From an uncultured Pelagibacteraceae bacterium (GTDB taxonomy: Bacteria; Pseudomonadota; Alphaproteobacteria; Pelagibacterales; AG-422-B15), in assembly GCA_902619105.1 (NCBI GenBank), contig CACNCV010000001.1:82706-146705 (forward strand): a stretch of DNA of 64,000 nt, written 5' to 3'. Both the position numbers and the translations under genes were made by a program. This document shows, piece after piece, positions 9,492-19,244 of this stretch. The stretch's first letter is position 1, and every line of letters starts with the position of its first letter. Under the pieces are notes generated by a model that saw only the letters and a program-made list of their open reading frames with translations, was not told the DNA's origin and made no database searches.

Positions 9492-10546
9492 TATGGTGCG
9501 GGATTTGGAATTTCTTTATGAATACTTCTTATCTCATTCATAATTTCTTTTGTAATATCAAGATCAACACTGTCTATACAGGTTTTTAATTGTTCCATTG
9601 TAGTCGCTCCAATAATTGTTGATGTGACAAATGGTTGAATGTTACAAAATTGAATAGCTAGTTGAGCAGGGTCAACTTCGTATTTTTTTGCAAGATTTAC
9701 ATACATTTCAATTGCCTGCTGTGTCTTATCTCCTTTATATCTCATCATTAAAGGACCATCGCCAAATAATGCAAGTCTCGAGCCTTGAGGCATCTGTCCA
9801 CCTAAATATTTTCCAGTTAATGTTCCTTGTGCTAAAGGCGAGTAAGCTAGCAAGCCCACTTGTTCGTGCATTGCAACCTCAGATAAACCAATTTCAAAAC
9901 CTCTATTAACCAAATTATAAGCATTCTGAATCGAGGCAACACGTGGAAGAGACTTTGTTTCAGCGAGCTCTAAATATTTCATAGTTCCCCACGGTGTTTC
10001 GTTAGATAAGCCAATCTGCCTGACTTTGCCCTGCTTGACTAATTCGCCAAGAGCCTCAAGAGTTTCCTCTAATGGAATTGAGTCAGATGAGTCCATATGT
10101 TTGTACTCAAGCCTTCCTGAAAATGCACCAAAAGGCCTATCAGGCCAATGAACTTGGTATAAATCAATGTAATCTGTTTGCAGTCTTTTGAGACTTTGCT
10201 CAACTGCATAGAAAACATGTTCTTTGGACAAACGAGGTATTTCCTCATTTTCTCTAAGCCACGACATTCCAGAACGACCAGCAACTTTAGTTGCAAGAAC
10301 AACCTTATCTCTGTTGCCTCTCGCTTTGAACCAAGTTCCAATATATTTTTCAGTTAAACCCTGAGTTTCAGCTTTTGTGGGAACAGCATAAATCTCAGCA
10401 GTATCGATAAAATTAACTTCGTGGTCTAAGGAGTAATCCAACTGATCGTGAGCATCAGCTTCAGTATTCTGTTCTCCCCAGGTCATTGTACCCAAGCATA
10501 TCAAGCTTACGTCAATATCTGATCTACCTAATTTTCTGTATTCCAT
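9491..10546 (-). CDS. NADP(H)-dependent aldo/keto reductase, Tas-like
   Basis: LGTMTWGEQN, FIDTAEIY, DLYQVHWP, IGLSNET and YSPLAQG.LTGKY motifs. Confidence 0.92.
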   Translation of the reverse strand: MEYRKLGRSDIDVSLICLGTMTWGEQNTEADAHDQLDYSLDHEVNFIDTAEIYAVPTKAETQGLTEKYIGTWFKARGNRDKVVLATKVAGRSGMSWLRENEEIPRLSKEHVFYAVEQSLKRLQTDYIDLYQVHWPDRPFGAFSGRLEYKHMDSSDSIPLEETLEALGELVKQGKVRQIGLSNETPWGTMKYLELAETKSLPRVASIQNAYNLVNRGFEIGLSEVAMHEQVGLLAYSPLAQGTLTGKYLGGQMPQGSRLALFGDGPLMMRYKGDKTQQAIEMYVNLAKKYEVDPAQLAIQFCNIQPFVTSTIIGATTMEQLKTCIDSVDLDITKEIMNEIRSIHKEIPNPAP

Positions 10547-11556
10547 TATTTTGTAATAAGTCCAAGTTCTTCAAATTGTTTTACAGTTTGAATAATTGCC
10601 TCATCAGCACTTTCAAAATTAAATTTTAAAATATTTTTAGCGTTTTCGGAATTAGTAAATTTTGTTTTACCAACAAAGCCCGATATTGCTCCAGCTTCTT
10701 TGCTAAATAAGCCAAGAAATTTCATTAAAATATTTGGAGCCTCGATTGAGGGGGCTTTTTTATAGCCATGTTCTCTTAAAAGCTTATTCATGTCAGATAG
10801 CCACATACACTTTTCAGCGAGTATGAATCTTTTTCCATTTGCATCTGGATGTATCATTGCTTCAACATGTGCTCTTGCCGTATCTTTAACAGTAACCCAT
10901 CCAAAATGAACTTTTGGCACAACGGGATAAGAGCCGTCCAACATTCTCAGAATAAAAACATTTGAAGTTCCAACATCATCAGATAACGATGGGCCTACAA
11001 CTAAAGTAGGGTTTATTGCAACGGCTTCTATTTTTTCATCGTCACTAAGACTGTTCAGGTAAGACCACATCTCTTTTTCAGCAATTGCCTTACTCTTGTT
11101 GTATGCGCCAATATTCTGACTTGGATCAGTCCAATGACTCTCATCATATATTTTTTCTTCATTCCCATAGCCCACAGCTGAGAACGATGAAGTCATAACA
11201 AATCTTTTAATCTTGTTCTTTATCGAGCTTTTAAGCGCCCTTAAAAGACCTTCCTTAGCCGGCTGAATGATCTCATTTTCATCATCAGGTGCCTTGTCGG
11301 TCAGTGGAGATGCAACGTGCAATACATATGTACAGCCAGCAACCGCCTCATCCCATCCTTCATCCTTTAGCAGGTCTAATTTACAAAACTCTAAATTATT
11401 CTTTGCATCAACTTCTTTTGCTATTGCCTGCCTTACTTCTGCTTCACGATTTTCAGAACGTAATGATGTTTTAACTGAGTATCCTTTTTTGAGTAATTCA
11501 GCTATACAATGCTGAGCAATGTAACCTGATCCTCCCGTAACTAAAACTTTTTCCAT
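10546..11556 (-). CDS. Extended SDR, NAD(P)-dependent aldehyde reductase / DFR-like (paralog 2)
   Basis: VLVTGGSGYIA, HVASP and YNKSK (YxxxK) motifs. Confidence 0.88.
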   Translation of the reverse strand: MEKVLVTGGSGYIAQHCIAELLKKGYSVKTSLRSENREAEVRQAIAKEVDAKNNLEFCKLDLLKDEGWDEAVAGCTYVLHVASPLTDKAPDDENEIIQPAKEGLLRALKSSIKNKIKRFVMTSSFSAVGYGNEEKIYDESHWTDPSQNIGAYNKSKAIAEKEMWSYLNSLSDDEKIEAVAINPTLVVGPSLSDDVGTSNVFILRMLDGSYPVVPKVHFGWVTVKDTARAHVEAMIHPDANGKRFILAEKCMWLSDMNKLLREHGYKKAPSIEAPNILMKFLGLFSKEAGAISGFVGKTKFTNSENAKNILKFNFESADEAIIQTVKQFEELGLITK

Positions 11557-11564
11557 ATATTATT

Positions 11565-12572
11565 CTACTTTTTAAGTATCTTACCCATGGATAGTGCCAT
11601 GTCACTTATTGTTTTTTCAACTGGTGTAGGTTCCCAATTAAAAATAGAAACTGTTGAGCTGTTATCAGTTTTATAACTACCTCTTCTGATATTTTTTAAA
11701 ATACCTTTCATTTGTAAATTGAACAATGCAAAAACTCTTAATAAAAAGGTTGGCATAACTTTAGTTGAAACTTTTTCAAAGCCACTATCTTTCACAATCT
11801 TTGCAATTTTTGTAATATGATAATCATTTGTTGAAGTTGTGAGTATTCTTTTACCATCGCTGGCTTCTGATTTAAGAGCTTTCACATGCAACATAGCTGT
11901 ATCTCTTACATCAGATATATGCATATATACATCTGGTAACGCAGGAATTTTTCCAAGTATCAGTCGAGCCATAAAACTAGCAGACGCACCCATGGTATCA
12001 TTACTTAATAGTGGACCCATGACAAAACCTGGATGAATAGTTGTCATTTTCAGATCTTTGTTTTCTGGTAAATTTATAAATTCCCATGCAGCTTTTTCAG
12101 CTAAAGTTTTACTTTTATTATATGCGCCGACGTCTTTATCTGCGTTGGTCCAATCATGACTGCTACAAATTTTTTGATTATGTCCGTAGGCAATAGCAAC
12201 AATTGACGACGTAAGAACAACTTTTTTTATACCAGCTTTCTTTGCAGCTTTAAGAGCTCGCATCGTTCCTTCTGTGGCTGGCTTTATGAGCTCATTTTCA
12301 TTTTTTGGTTCTCCAACAATAAAAGGCGAAGCTAAATGCATCATATAATCACAATCAGACGCACAACTGTCCCAACCTTCATCAGACATTAGATCAAGTT
12401 TACAAAATTCTAAATTATTATCTGGTATTTCCTTTTTTACTGCTTCTCGTACTTCATTTTCTCTATTCATATTTCGTAGAGAACCTTTAACAGCATATCC
12501 ATTTTTCAATAATTCACTAATACAGTGAAGTGCTATGTAACCTGATGCTCCTGTGACTAAAACCTTCTCCAC
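11565..12572 (-). CDS. Extended SDR, NAD(P)-dependent aldehyde reductase / DFR-like (paralog 1)
   Basis: GTG start; VLVTGASGYIA, HLASP and YNKSK motifs. Confidence 0.88.
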   Translation of the reverse strand: MEKVLVTGASGYIALHCISELLKNGYAVKGSLRNMNRENEVREAVKKEIPDNNLEFCKLDLMSDEGWDSCASDCDYMMHLASPFIVGEPKNENELIKPATEGTMRALKAAKKAGIKKVVLTSSIVAIAYGHNQKICSSHDWTNADKDVGAYNKSKTLAEKAAWEFINLPENKDLKMTTIHPGFVMGPLLSNDTMGASASFMARLILGKIPALPDVYMHISDVRDTAMLHVKALKSEASDGKRILTTSTNDYHITKIAKIVKDSGFEKVSTKVMPTFLLRVFALFNLQMKGILKNIRRGSYKTDNSSTVSIFNWEPTPVEKTISDMALSMGKILKK

Positions 12573-12692
12573 TTGAACTCCTAAGTATTTGTATTCATTT
12601 AATAAAATCTTGATAAATAATTACTTGTATTGATTACCTTTATAATTATGTATTAAAATACATAAAGCAATTTTTACAAGAGGTTTTTAAAT

Positions 12693-13427
12693 ATGGATTA
12701 TCAAACTAGAGCTCAATCAACGCCAGCAATCGACGAAGGTCTAAGGCAATATATGATGAGTGTTTATAATTACATGGCATCTGGTTTGGCCTTAACAGGT
12801 TTAGTTGCATACATGTTATTTCAAGCAACGGCAGTAATGGGTCCAACAGGAGAAATTGTTGGTCTCACAAACTTAGGCGTGACCCTTTATACTGGTCCAA
12901 TGATGTGGGTTGTTGCATTAGCACCTCTTGGAATTGTGATGTATATGAGTTTTGGAATAAGAGGCATGTCTGCTTCTAGAGCTCAGACAATGTTTTGGAT
13001 ATTTGCATTTTTAATGGGTTTATCACTTTCTACAATTTTCCTAACCTACACTGGTGCAAGTATAGCTAGAGTGTTCTTCATTACTGCAAGCACCTTTGGC
13101 GCAATGAGTATATATGGTTATACAACAAAAAGAGATTTAACTAATTTTGGATCATTTCTATTTATGGGACTGATTGGAATTATAATTGCATCAATTGTAA
13201 ATATCTTCATGCAATCACCTGCATTATATTATGGAATATCTATCCTTGGAGTACTAATTTTCGTTGGTTTGACGGCTTACGATACTCAAAAGATAAAAAA
13301 TATGTATATGGCATATGATAGCGGTGAAGTCGCTGCAAAGAAAGCTATTATGGGTGCATTAACACTTTATTTAGATTTTATAAATCTATTTATAATGTTG
13401 TTAAGACTTTTTGGCCAAAGAAGATAA
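12693..13427 (+). CDS. Bax inhibitor-1/YccA family membrane protein
   Basis: Seven hydrophobic segments; IDEGLR.YM..VY, YDTQKIK and ALTLYLDFINLF motifs. Confidence 0.93.
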   Translation: MDYQTRAQSTPAIDEGLRQYMMSVYNYMASGLALTGLVAYMLFQATAVMGPTGEIVGLTNLGVTLYTGPMMWVVALAPLGIVMYMSFGIRGMSASRAQTMFWIFAFLMGLSLSTIFLTYTGASIARVFFITASTFGAMSIYGYTTKRDLTNFGSFLFMGLIGIIIASIVNIFMQSPALYYGISILGVLIFVGLTAYDTQKIKNMYMAYDSGEVAAKKAIMGALTLYLDFINLFIMLLRLFGQRR

Positions 13428-13429
13428 GT

Positions 13430-13783
13430 TCAGGCTATACGTTTTACAGAAACTTTAAGGTATCGAGTGATATCTGATAGACTCTCGCTTACCTTAATTT
13501 TTTTGTTATTAAAATCGATTAACGTAAATGATATACGCTTTCCCTTATTTTTATTTTTAATTATTCTTAAAAAAGCATTCTCGAAAGTACTTCGATAAAT
13601 TGAAAAGACTGCAGTATATTTACCGTGATCTATTGCATAGTCTTTCCAATGTCCTTGGCTGACTTTTTGTGCGTATACGGAAAGTATCAGATTAAGCTCG
13701 GTTTTATGGAAACTCGTAAATTTATTTCTTGATTGATTAGAGCTTTTGAAGGTTTGACCGGTACTGATGTAATGTATTGTCAT
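13430..13783 (-). CDS. DUF2794 family protein
   Basis: F...EL..IL.VY...V..G.WKDYAID.....AVFSIYR pattern. Confidence 0.8.
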   Translation of the reverse strand: MTIHYISTGQTFKSSNQSRNKFTSFHKTELNLILSVYAQKVSQGHWKDYAIDHGKYTAVFSIYRSTFENAFLRIIKNKNKGKRISFTLIDFNNKKIKVSESLSDITRYLKVSVKRIA

Positions 13784-13864
13784 TGTTATCTTATGTTATC
13801 TTGAAAAATACCTAAAAAACACAGAAAATAGGGAAAATTTTCGAGATAACCTCACTTAAATTGC

Positions 13865-13892
13865 CTTGAATTTCGATGGATAATTCCAATAT
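13865..13892 (+). promoter_or_regulatory. Putative RpoH (sigma32) promoter of htpG
   Basis: CTTGAA (13865-13870), a 15-nt spacer, then CCAATAT (13886-13892). Matches the alphaproteobacterial RpoH consensus CTTGAA-N15/16-CCTATAT and lies directly upstream of a heat-shock chaperone. Confidence 0.6.
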
Positions 13893-13912
13893 AGATTTTG
13901 AGAGTAAATATT

Positions 13913-15799
13913 ATGCCTAAATCAGAAAAATTAGAGTTCCAAACAGAAGTCAGTCAGCTGCTGAAATTAATGATCAATTCTGTTTATTCAGAAAAAGAAG
14001 TATTTGTAAGAGAGCTTGTCTCCAATGCCTCAGACGCATGTGATAAACTTAGATATTTGGCTAATACTAAAGAAAAGTTAATCAAAGATGATCCAAATTT
14101 TAAAATACAGATTGCAATTGATAAAAAGAATAATTTGATATCAATTTCTGATAACGGAGTTGGTATGAATAAAAAAGATCTCGTATCTAATCTAGGAACT
14201 ATCGCTCGTTCTGGTACTGCCCATTTTTTGAAAGAATTGTCTGAGTCAAAAACTAAAGATCTATCTCTCATTGGTCAATTTGGTGTTGGATTCTATTCAG
14301 CTTTCATGGTTGCTTCCCAAACTAAAGTTATTACAAAAAAAGCTGGAGAAAATAAGATATGGGTATGGACTTCTGATGGGGAAAGCAGTTTTACGATTGA
14401 GGAGACTGAAGACTCAAGTCTTCTTGCTTCAAATAGAGGAACAACAATTGAACTAACTTTAACAAAGGACTCAAAAGAATATTTAGATAAAGATAGAATT
14501 CAAAATATTATTAGAAGGTACTCTGATCATATAAGTATTCCAATTTATATTAGTGATGGTTCTGAAAAAAAAGATGAAACTTTGGAGTCGGTTAATTCTG
14601 CGTCAGCAATTTGGACAAGACCTAAAAATCAAATTTCAGCAGAGCAATACAAAGAGTTTTATAATCATACAGGACAAATGTTCGATGATCCTTGGATGAC
14701 ATCACACTACAAAGCTGAAGGTAAAATTGAGTATACAGTTTTAAATTTTATTCCATCAACAAAGCCTTTTGATTTATATGACCCTGCTAGAGAAAATAGA
14801 TTAAAACTCTACGTCAAAAGAGTATTTATAACTGATAATTGTCCTGAACTTATTCCTCCTTATCTTCGCTTCCTTCGCGGCATAATTGACTCGGAAGATC
14901 TGCCATTAAATATTAGTCGTGAAATGCTTCAAAATAACCCTGTAGTTACTAAAATTAGATCGTCACTGGTCAAACGAACAATATCTGATCTAAAAAAGAA
15001 ATTAGCTAAAGATAGAGAGTCATACGAAAAATTTTGGGAAAATTTTGGCCCAGTTCTAAAAGAGGGTATTTACGAGGATTTTGAAAGAAAAGACTCAATC
15101 CTAGAAATTTCATTATTTAAAAACTCCAAGTCTAGCAAACTTATATCATTAAATGAGTACATAGAATCAATGGGAAAAAAACAAAAAGATATTTATTTTA
15201 TGACAGGTGATAATTATGAAAACATAATTAATAATCCAAGCTTAGAGGGCTACAAGTCAAGAGATATTAATGTCTTGATATTAGATGATCCTGTAGATAG
15301 TTTTTGGACATCATCAACTCCTTCGTATCTTGAGAAAAATTTTAAATCAGTAACAAGAGGTACTGACGATCTTGAAAAAATTGATGGTGAAAAAAAGGAC
15401 AATAAGGAAAATAAGTCTACAGAACCACTTATAAATTTATTAAAAGAAAAATTAAAAGAGAAAGTAAAAGATGTCAGAATTTCATCAAGGCTTACAGATA
15501 GTGCGGTATGCTTAGTCAGTGATGAAGGAGCAATGGACCCTCAACTCGAAAAAATCCTTCAACAGCATAATCAACTAAATCAGGGTTTATCATTAAAAGT
15601 TATGGAAATAAATCCAAATCACAAACTTATAAAAAAACTATCTAAAATGAGCAAAGATAAGAACAAGATTGGTGAAGTAGAAAATATTTCTATTTTGTTA
15701 TACGAACAATCAAAAATTCTCGATGGTGAAAAACCGTCGGATCCAATTGAGTTTTCAAAAAAATTGATAAATACAATTTATAGTGCAATTGAAAATTAG
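13913..15799 (+). CDS. htpG: Molecular chaperone HtpG (Hsp90)
   Basis: FQTEVSQLL, ELVSNASDA, DNGVGM, IGQFGVGFYSAF and DLPLNISRE motifs. ATG at 13913 is preferred over TTG at 13898. Confidence 0.97.
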   Translation: MPKSEKLEFQTEVSQLLKLMINSVYSEKEVFVRELVSNASDACDKLRYLANTKEKLIKDDPNFKIQIAIDKKNNLISISDNGVGMNKKDLVSNLGTIARSGTAHFLKELSESKTKDLSLIGQFGVGFYSAFMVASQTKVITKKAGENKIWVWTSDGESSFTIEETEDSSLLASNRGTTIELTLTKDSKEYLDKDRIQNIIRRYSDHISIPIYISDGSEKKDETLESVNSASAIWTRPKNQISAEQYKEFYNHTGQMFDDPWMTSHYKAEGKIEYTVLNFIPSTKPFDLYDPARENRLKLYVKRVFITDNCPELIPPYLRFLRGIIDSEDLPLNISREMLQNNPVVTKIRSSLVKRTISDLKKKLAKDRESYEKFWENFGPVLKEGIYEDFERKDSILEISLFKNSKSSKLISLNEYIESMGKKQKDIYFMTGDNYENIINNPSLEGYKSRDINVLILDDPVDSFWTSSTPSYLEKNFKSVTRGTDDLEKIDGEKKDNKENKSTEPLINLLKEKLKEKVKDVRISSRLTDSAVCLVSDEGAMDPQLEKILQQHNQLNQGLSLKVMEINPNHKLIKKLSKMSKDKNKIGEVENISILLYEQSKILDGEKPSDPIEFSKKLINTIYSAIEN

Positions 15800-15867
15800 A
15801 TCTGAAATTAGTACTATTTTAATGTTTATTTTGAAGTATAATTTAAAGTCAAACAAAAGGAAAAAGT

Positions 15868-16497
15868 ATGTTTAAAAATATTATTATCTCACTATCTTTA
15901 CTGCTAATGTCAATTTCTTTTAGTAATGCCACAGAACTTAACGAACAAGTTTTTTATAATGGCGAAATAAAGAACGCTTATAATCAAAATGATCTTCCTA
16001 TATTACCTGGTAATTGGAAAGTATATGATTTAGAAAAATCTGGTAGTGTTCCATCAGGAAATTTCTATGTATATGCAACTTTAGTTCCTGAAGAAGTCGG
16101 CCCTACCGATAATGCATTTAATTTTGATGGAATTAATTATGCAGTCTTGGGTTCAAAATCTGAAGAGACTTCATATAGAAAATCATTCTATGCTTGTGAT
16201 GCAGGATGGATTACTGATGCTGATGTGACAACCTCAAATATTGACTCCAGAGGCTCTGGAAATTTTGAAGAAACATGCTCAGTGATCGGTGAAATTAACC
16301 CTTTTTATACTTTTTTTTATACAGATTGTGACGAAATCTGTGTAGAAGTAAATTTTACATTACATAGACAAAACTACAGTATAAGTGATGGTGATTTTGC
16401 ATCAGCATCTGATCAAATTTTTAAAGCAATTAGAAATACTGTAAATGGTCAGGGGTCAAGTGACCTTAGTCAAATTTTGTCAAATTATAAATCCTAA
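15868..16497 (+). CDS. Hypothetical secreted protein (acidic, four Cys)
   Basis: 209-aa ORF with a clear signal peptide, filling the htpG-acnA gap. No family recognised. Confidence 0.7.
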   Translation: MFKNIIISLSLLLMSISFSNATELNEQVFYNGEIKNAYNQNDLPILPGNWKVYDLEKSGSVPSGNFYVYATLVPEEVGPTDNAFNFDGINYAVLGSKSEETSYRKSFYACDAGWITDADVTTSNIDSRGSGNFEETCSVIGEINPFYTFFYTDCDEICVEVNFTLHRQNYSISDGDFASASDQIFKAIRNTVNGQGSSDLSQILSNYKS

Positions 16498-16503
16498 TTA
16501 GGT

Positions 16504-19185
16504 TTAAGAATTTACTAATTCTTTTAAAACATATTGTAGAATGCCTCCGCTGTTGAGGTATTCTACTTCTGTAGAAGTATTTACTAATAATTTTATCTCA
16601 GTGGTTATATTTTTACCATTTTTATAAACTATCATTGCATTATAAAAAGATTGAGGTTTTAAATTATCTTTGATCCCACTTATTGTTATTTTTTCTGGGC
16701 CTTCCAATTTTAGAGATTTTCTATTCTCACCATCTTTGAATATAAAAGGGAGTACGCCCATTCCGATTAAGTTAGATCTATGTATTCTTTCATAAGATTC
16801 AGCAATTACCGCTTTAACACCAAGCAAATTAGTTCCTTTTGCTGCCCAGTCTCTTGATGAGCCCATTCCATAATCTTTTCCCGCAATGACAACTAATGGT
16901 GTTTTTGATTTATTGTATTTTATTGAGGCGTCATAAATTGACATTTGTTTTTTAGATGGATAATGAATGGTATATCCACCTTCAATGTTATCTAACATTT
17001 CATTTTTTATTCTAATATTTGCAAAAGTACCCCTCATCATTATCTCATGATTTCCTCTTCTGGCACCAAACGAGTTAAAATCAATTTTTTTTATTTTCTT
17101 TGATTTAAGATAATCACCGGCAGGACTATCTTCTTTAATGGCTCCAGCAGGGCTGATGTGGTCTGTTGTTACAGAATCACCAAATATTCCAAGAATATTC
17201 GCACCTTTAATGTCAGAGATACTATTTAATTCTGAATTTTTAAAAAATGGTGGATGTTGTACGTAGGTGGATTTTTTATTCCATTTGTATGTTAAACCAC
17301 TTGGAGATTTTACTGTATTCCATTTCTTGTCACCTTTAAAAACATTCTTGTAACGTTGCTTATATAAATTTGAATTAATAATTTTATTCATTACCATTTT
17401 TATCTCTTTTGATTTTGGCCAAATATCTTTTAGATAGACAGGTTGGTTATTTTTTCCATAACCTAGTGGATCCTTTGTTAAGTTAATCTTGGTTGAACCG
17501 GCCAGGGCGTAGGCAACAACAAGAGGGGGTGATGCGAGGTAGTTAGCCTTCACGAAAGGATTAATTCTACCTTCGAAATTTCTATTACCTGATAAAACAC
17601 CACTTACAATTAAGTCATTTTTTGTGATAGCGTCAGAAATATTCTCATCGAGTGGGCCAGAATTTCCTATACATGTTGTACAACCAAAGCCAACCAAATT
17701 AAAACCAAGTTTATCAAGATATTCTTGAAGTCCTGATTTCATTAAGTAATCAGTTACTACTTTTGATCCCGGGGCTAAAGATGTTTTTACCCAAGGCTTG
17801 CTTTTAAGCCCCATCTTAATCGCTTTTTGCGCAAGAATTCCAGCCCCAATCATTACACTAGGATTAGAGGTATTGGTGCAACTTGTAATAGCTGCAATAG
17901 CGACATGCCCATTGTCAATTTGAAATTTTTCATCTTTAACATGTATGGGGTTGTCAATATGCTTTTGACCAAACTCTTTTTTAAAAGATTTTATAAATGT
18001 ATCAGATACATTTGATAATAATATTTTATCTTGTGGTCGCTTTGGACCAGCTAAACTTGGCTCGATACTAGATAAATCTAATTGCATAGTTTCTGTGTAA
18101 ACTCTTTTGCTTTTTTTGTAGTCTTCCCATAAATCTTGAGCCTTCGCATATTTTTCAACAAGTTTAATTTCTTCGGAGGATCTACCGCTTACTTTTAGAA
18201 ATTTAATTGTTTCTTCATCGATCGGAAAAAAACCACAAGTCGCTCCATATTCAGGAGCCATATTTGAAATTGTTGCCCTATCAGGAACTGATAACTCTTT
18301 AAGGCCAGCACCATAAAATTCTACAAACTTTCCTACAACCCCTTTTTGTCTTAGTTGTTCAGTGATTGTTAAAACCAGATCTGTGGCTGTAATACCTTCC
18401 TTTATTTTTCCTTTTATTTCAAATCCTATAACTTCTGGAACGACCATTGAAATTGGCTGGCCTAACATCGCAGCCTCAGCCTCTATTCCGCCTACTCCCC
18501 ATCCAAGCACAGATAAACCATTTATCATAGTCGTATGGCTGTCTGTTCCAACCACAGTGTCTGGATAAGCTAAATTCAAATTTCTATTTTTTATTTTTTT
18601 CTTCTCAGACCAAACAGTCTTGGCAAGATATTCCAGATTTACCTGGTGGCAAATACCTGTACCAGGTGGTACAACACGAAAGTTGTTGAAGGATTTTTGC
18701 CCCCATCTCAAGAATTCATATCTTTCAATGTTTCTTTTATATTCTAAATCTACATTTGCTTTGTAGGAAGTTGCTGAGCCGTACTTATCAACCATCACGG
18801 AGTGATCTATTACTAGATCAACTGGCGATAAAGGATTTACTTTTTTAGGGTCTCCTTTCTCACTCATAATTGCAGACCTCATAGATGCAAGGTCAACAAC
18901 AGCTGGTACACCTGTAAAATCTTGCATTAAGACTCTTGCAGGTCTAAAATTGATTTCTCTATTGATTTTTTTATTAGTTTTCCAGTTATCAAAATCTTTG
19001 ATGTCATCCACACTGACAGTAGTGCCATCCTCGTTTCTTATGAGATTCTCCAAGAGTACTTTTATTGAAAATGGCAATGAAGAGATGTTTTTAAGACCAT
19101 TTTTTTCAGCAGCTTTGAAGCTGAAATAGGTGTAGGTTTTTTTTCCTATTTTTAGTGTTTTTTTTGTCTTAAAGCTGTCGTACAT
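16504..19185 (-). CDS. acnA: Aconitate hydratase 1
   Basis: DFTGVPAVVDLA, DSHTTM, AAITSCTNTSNP, GFGCTTCIGNSG and GNRNFEGR motifs. Confidence 0.97.
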   Translation of the reverse strand: MYDSFKTKKTLKIGKKTYTYFSFKAAEKNGLKNISSLPFSIKVLLENLIRNEDGTTVSVDDIKDFDNWKTNKKINREINFRPARVLMQDFTGVPAVVDLASMRSAIMSEKGDPKKVNPLSPVDLVIDHSVMVDKYGSATSYKANVDLEYKRNIERYEFLRWGQKSFNNFRVVPPGTGICHQVNLEYLAKTVWSEKKKIKNRNLNLAYPDTVVGTDSHTTMINGLSVLGWGVGGIEAEAAMLGQPISMVVPEVIGFEIKGKIKEGITATDLVLTITEQLRQKGVVGKFVEFYGAGLKELSVPDRATISNMAPEYGATCGFFPIDEETIKFLKVSGRSSEEIKLVEKYAKAQDLWEDYKKSKRVYTETMQLDLSSIEPSLAGPKRPQDKILLSNVSDTFIKSFKKEFGQKHIDNPIHVKDEKFQIDNGHVAIAAITSCTNTSNPSVMIGAGILAQKAIKMGLKSKPWVKTSLAPGSKVVTDYLMKSGLQEYLDKLGFNLVGFGCTTCIGNSGPLDENISDAITKNDLIVSGVLSGNRNFEGRINPFVKANYLASPPLVVAYALAGSTKINLTKDPLGYGKNNQPVYLKDIWPKSKEIKMVMNKIINSNLYKQRYKNVFKGDKKWNTVKSPSGLTYKWNKKSTYVQHPPFFKNSELNSISDIKGANILGIFGDSVTTDHISPAGAIKEDSPAGDYLKSKKIKKIDFNSFGARRGNHEIMMRGTFANIRIKNEMLDNIEGGYTIHYPSKKQMSIYDASIKYNKSKTPLVVIAGKDYGMGSSRDWAAKGTNLLGVKAVIAESYERIHRSNLIGMGVLPFIFKDGENRKSLKLEGPEKITISGIKDNLKPQSFYNAMIVYKNGKNITTEIKLLVNTSTEVEYLNSGGILQYVLKELVNS

Positions 19186-19244
19186 AGAGGTTTACTGCTG
19201 CTATATTTAGACTAATTTAACAAGCTATCAACATAAAGTTTATA

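Noticed and set aside
13774-13801. TTATGTTATCT resembles the XerD arm of a dif site
   Set aside because: The matching XerC arm (GTATTGTCATT) fits the consensus poorly and overlaps a start codon. The sequence is better explained as a short TGTTATCT direct repeat.
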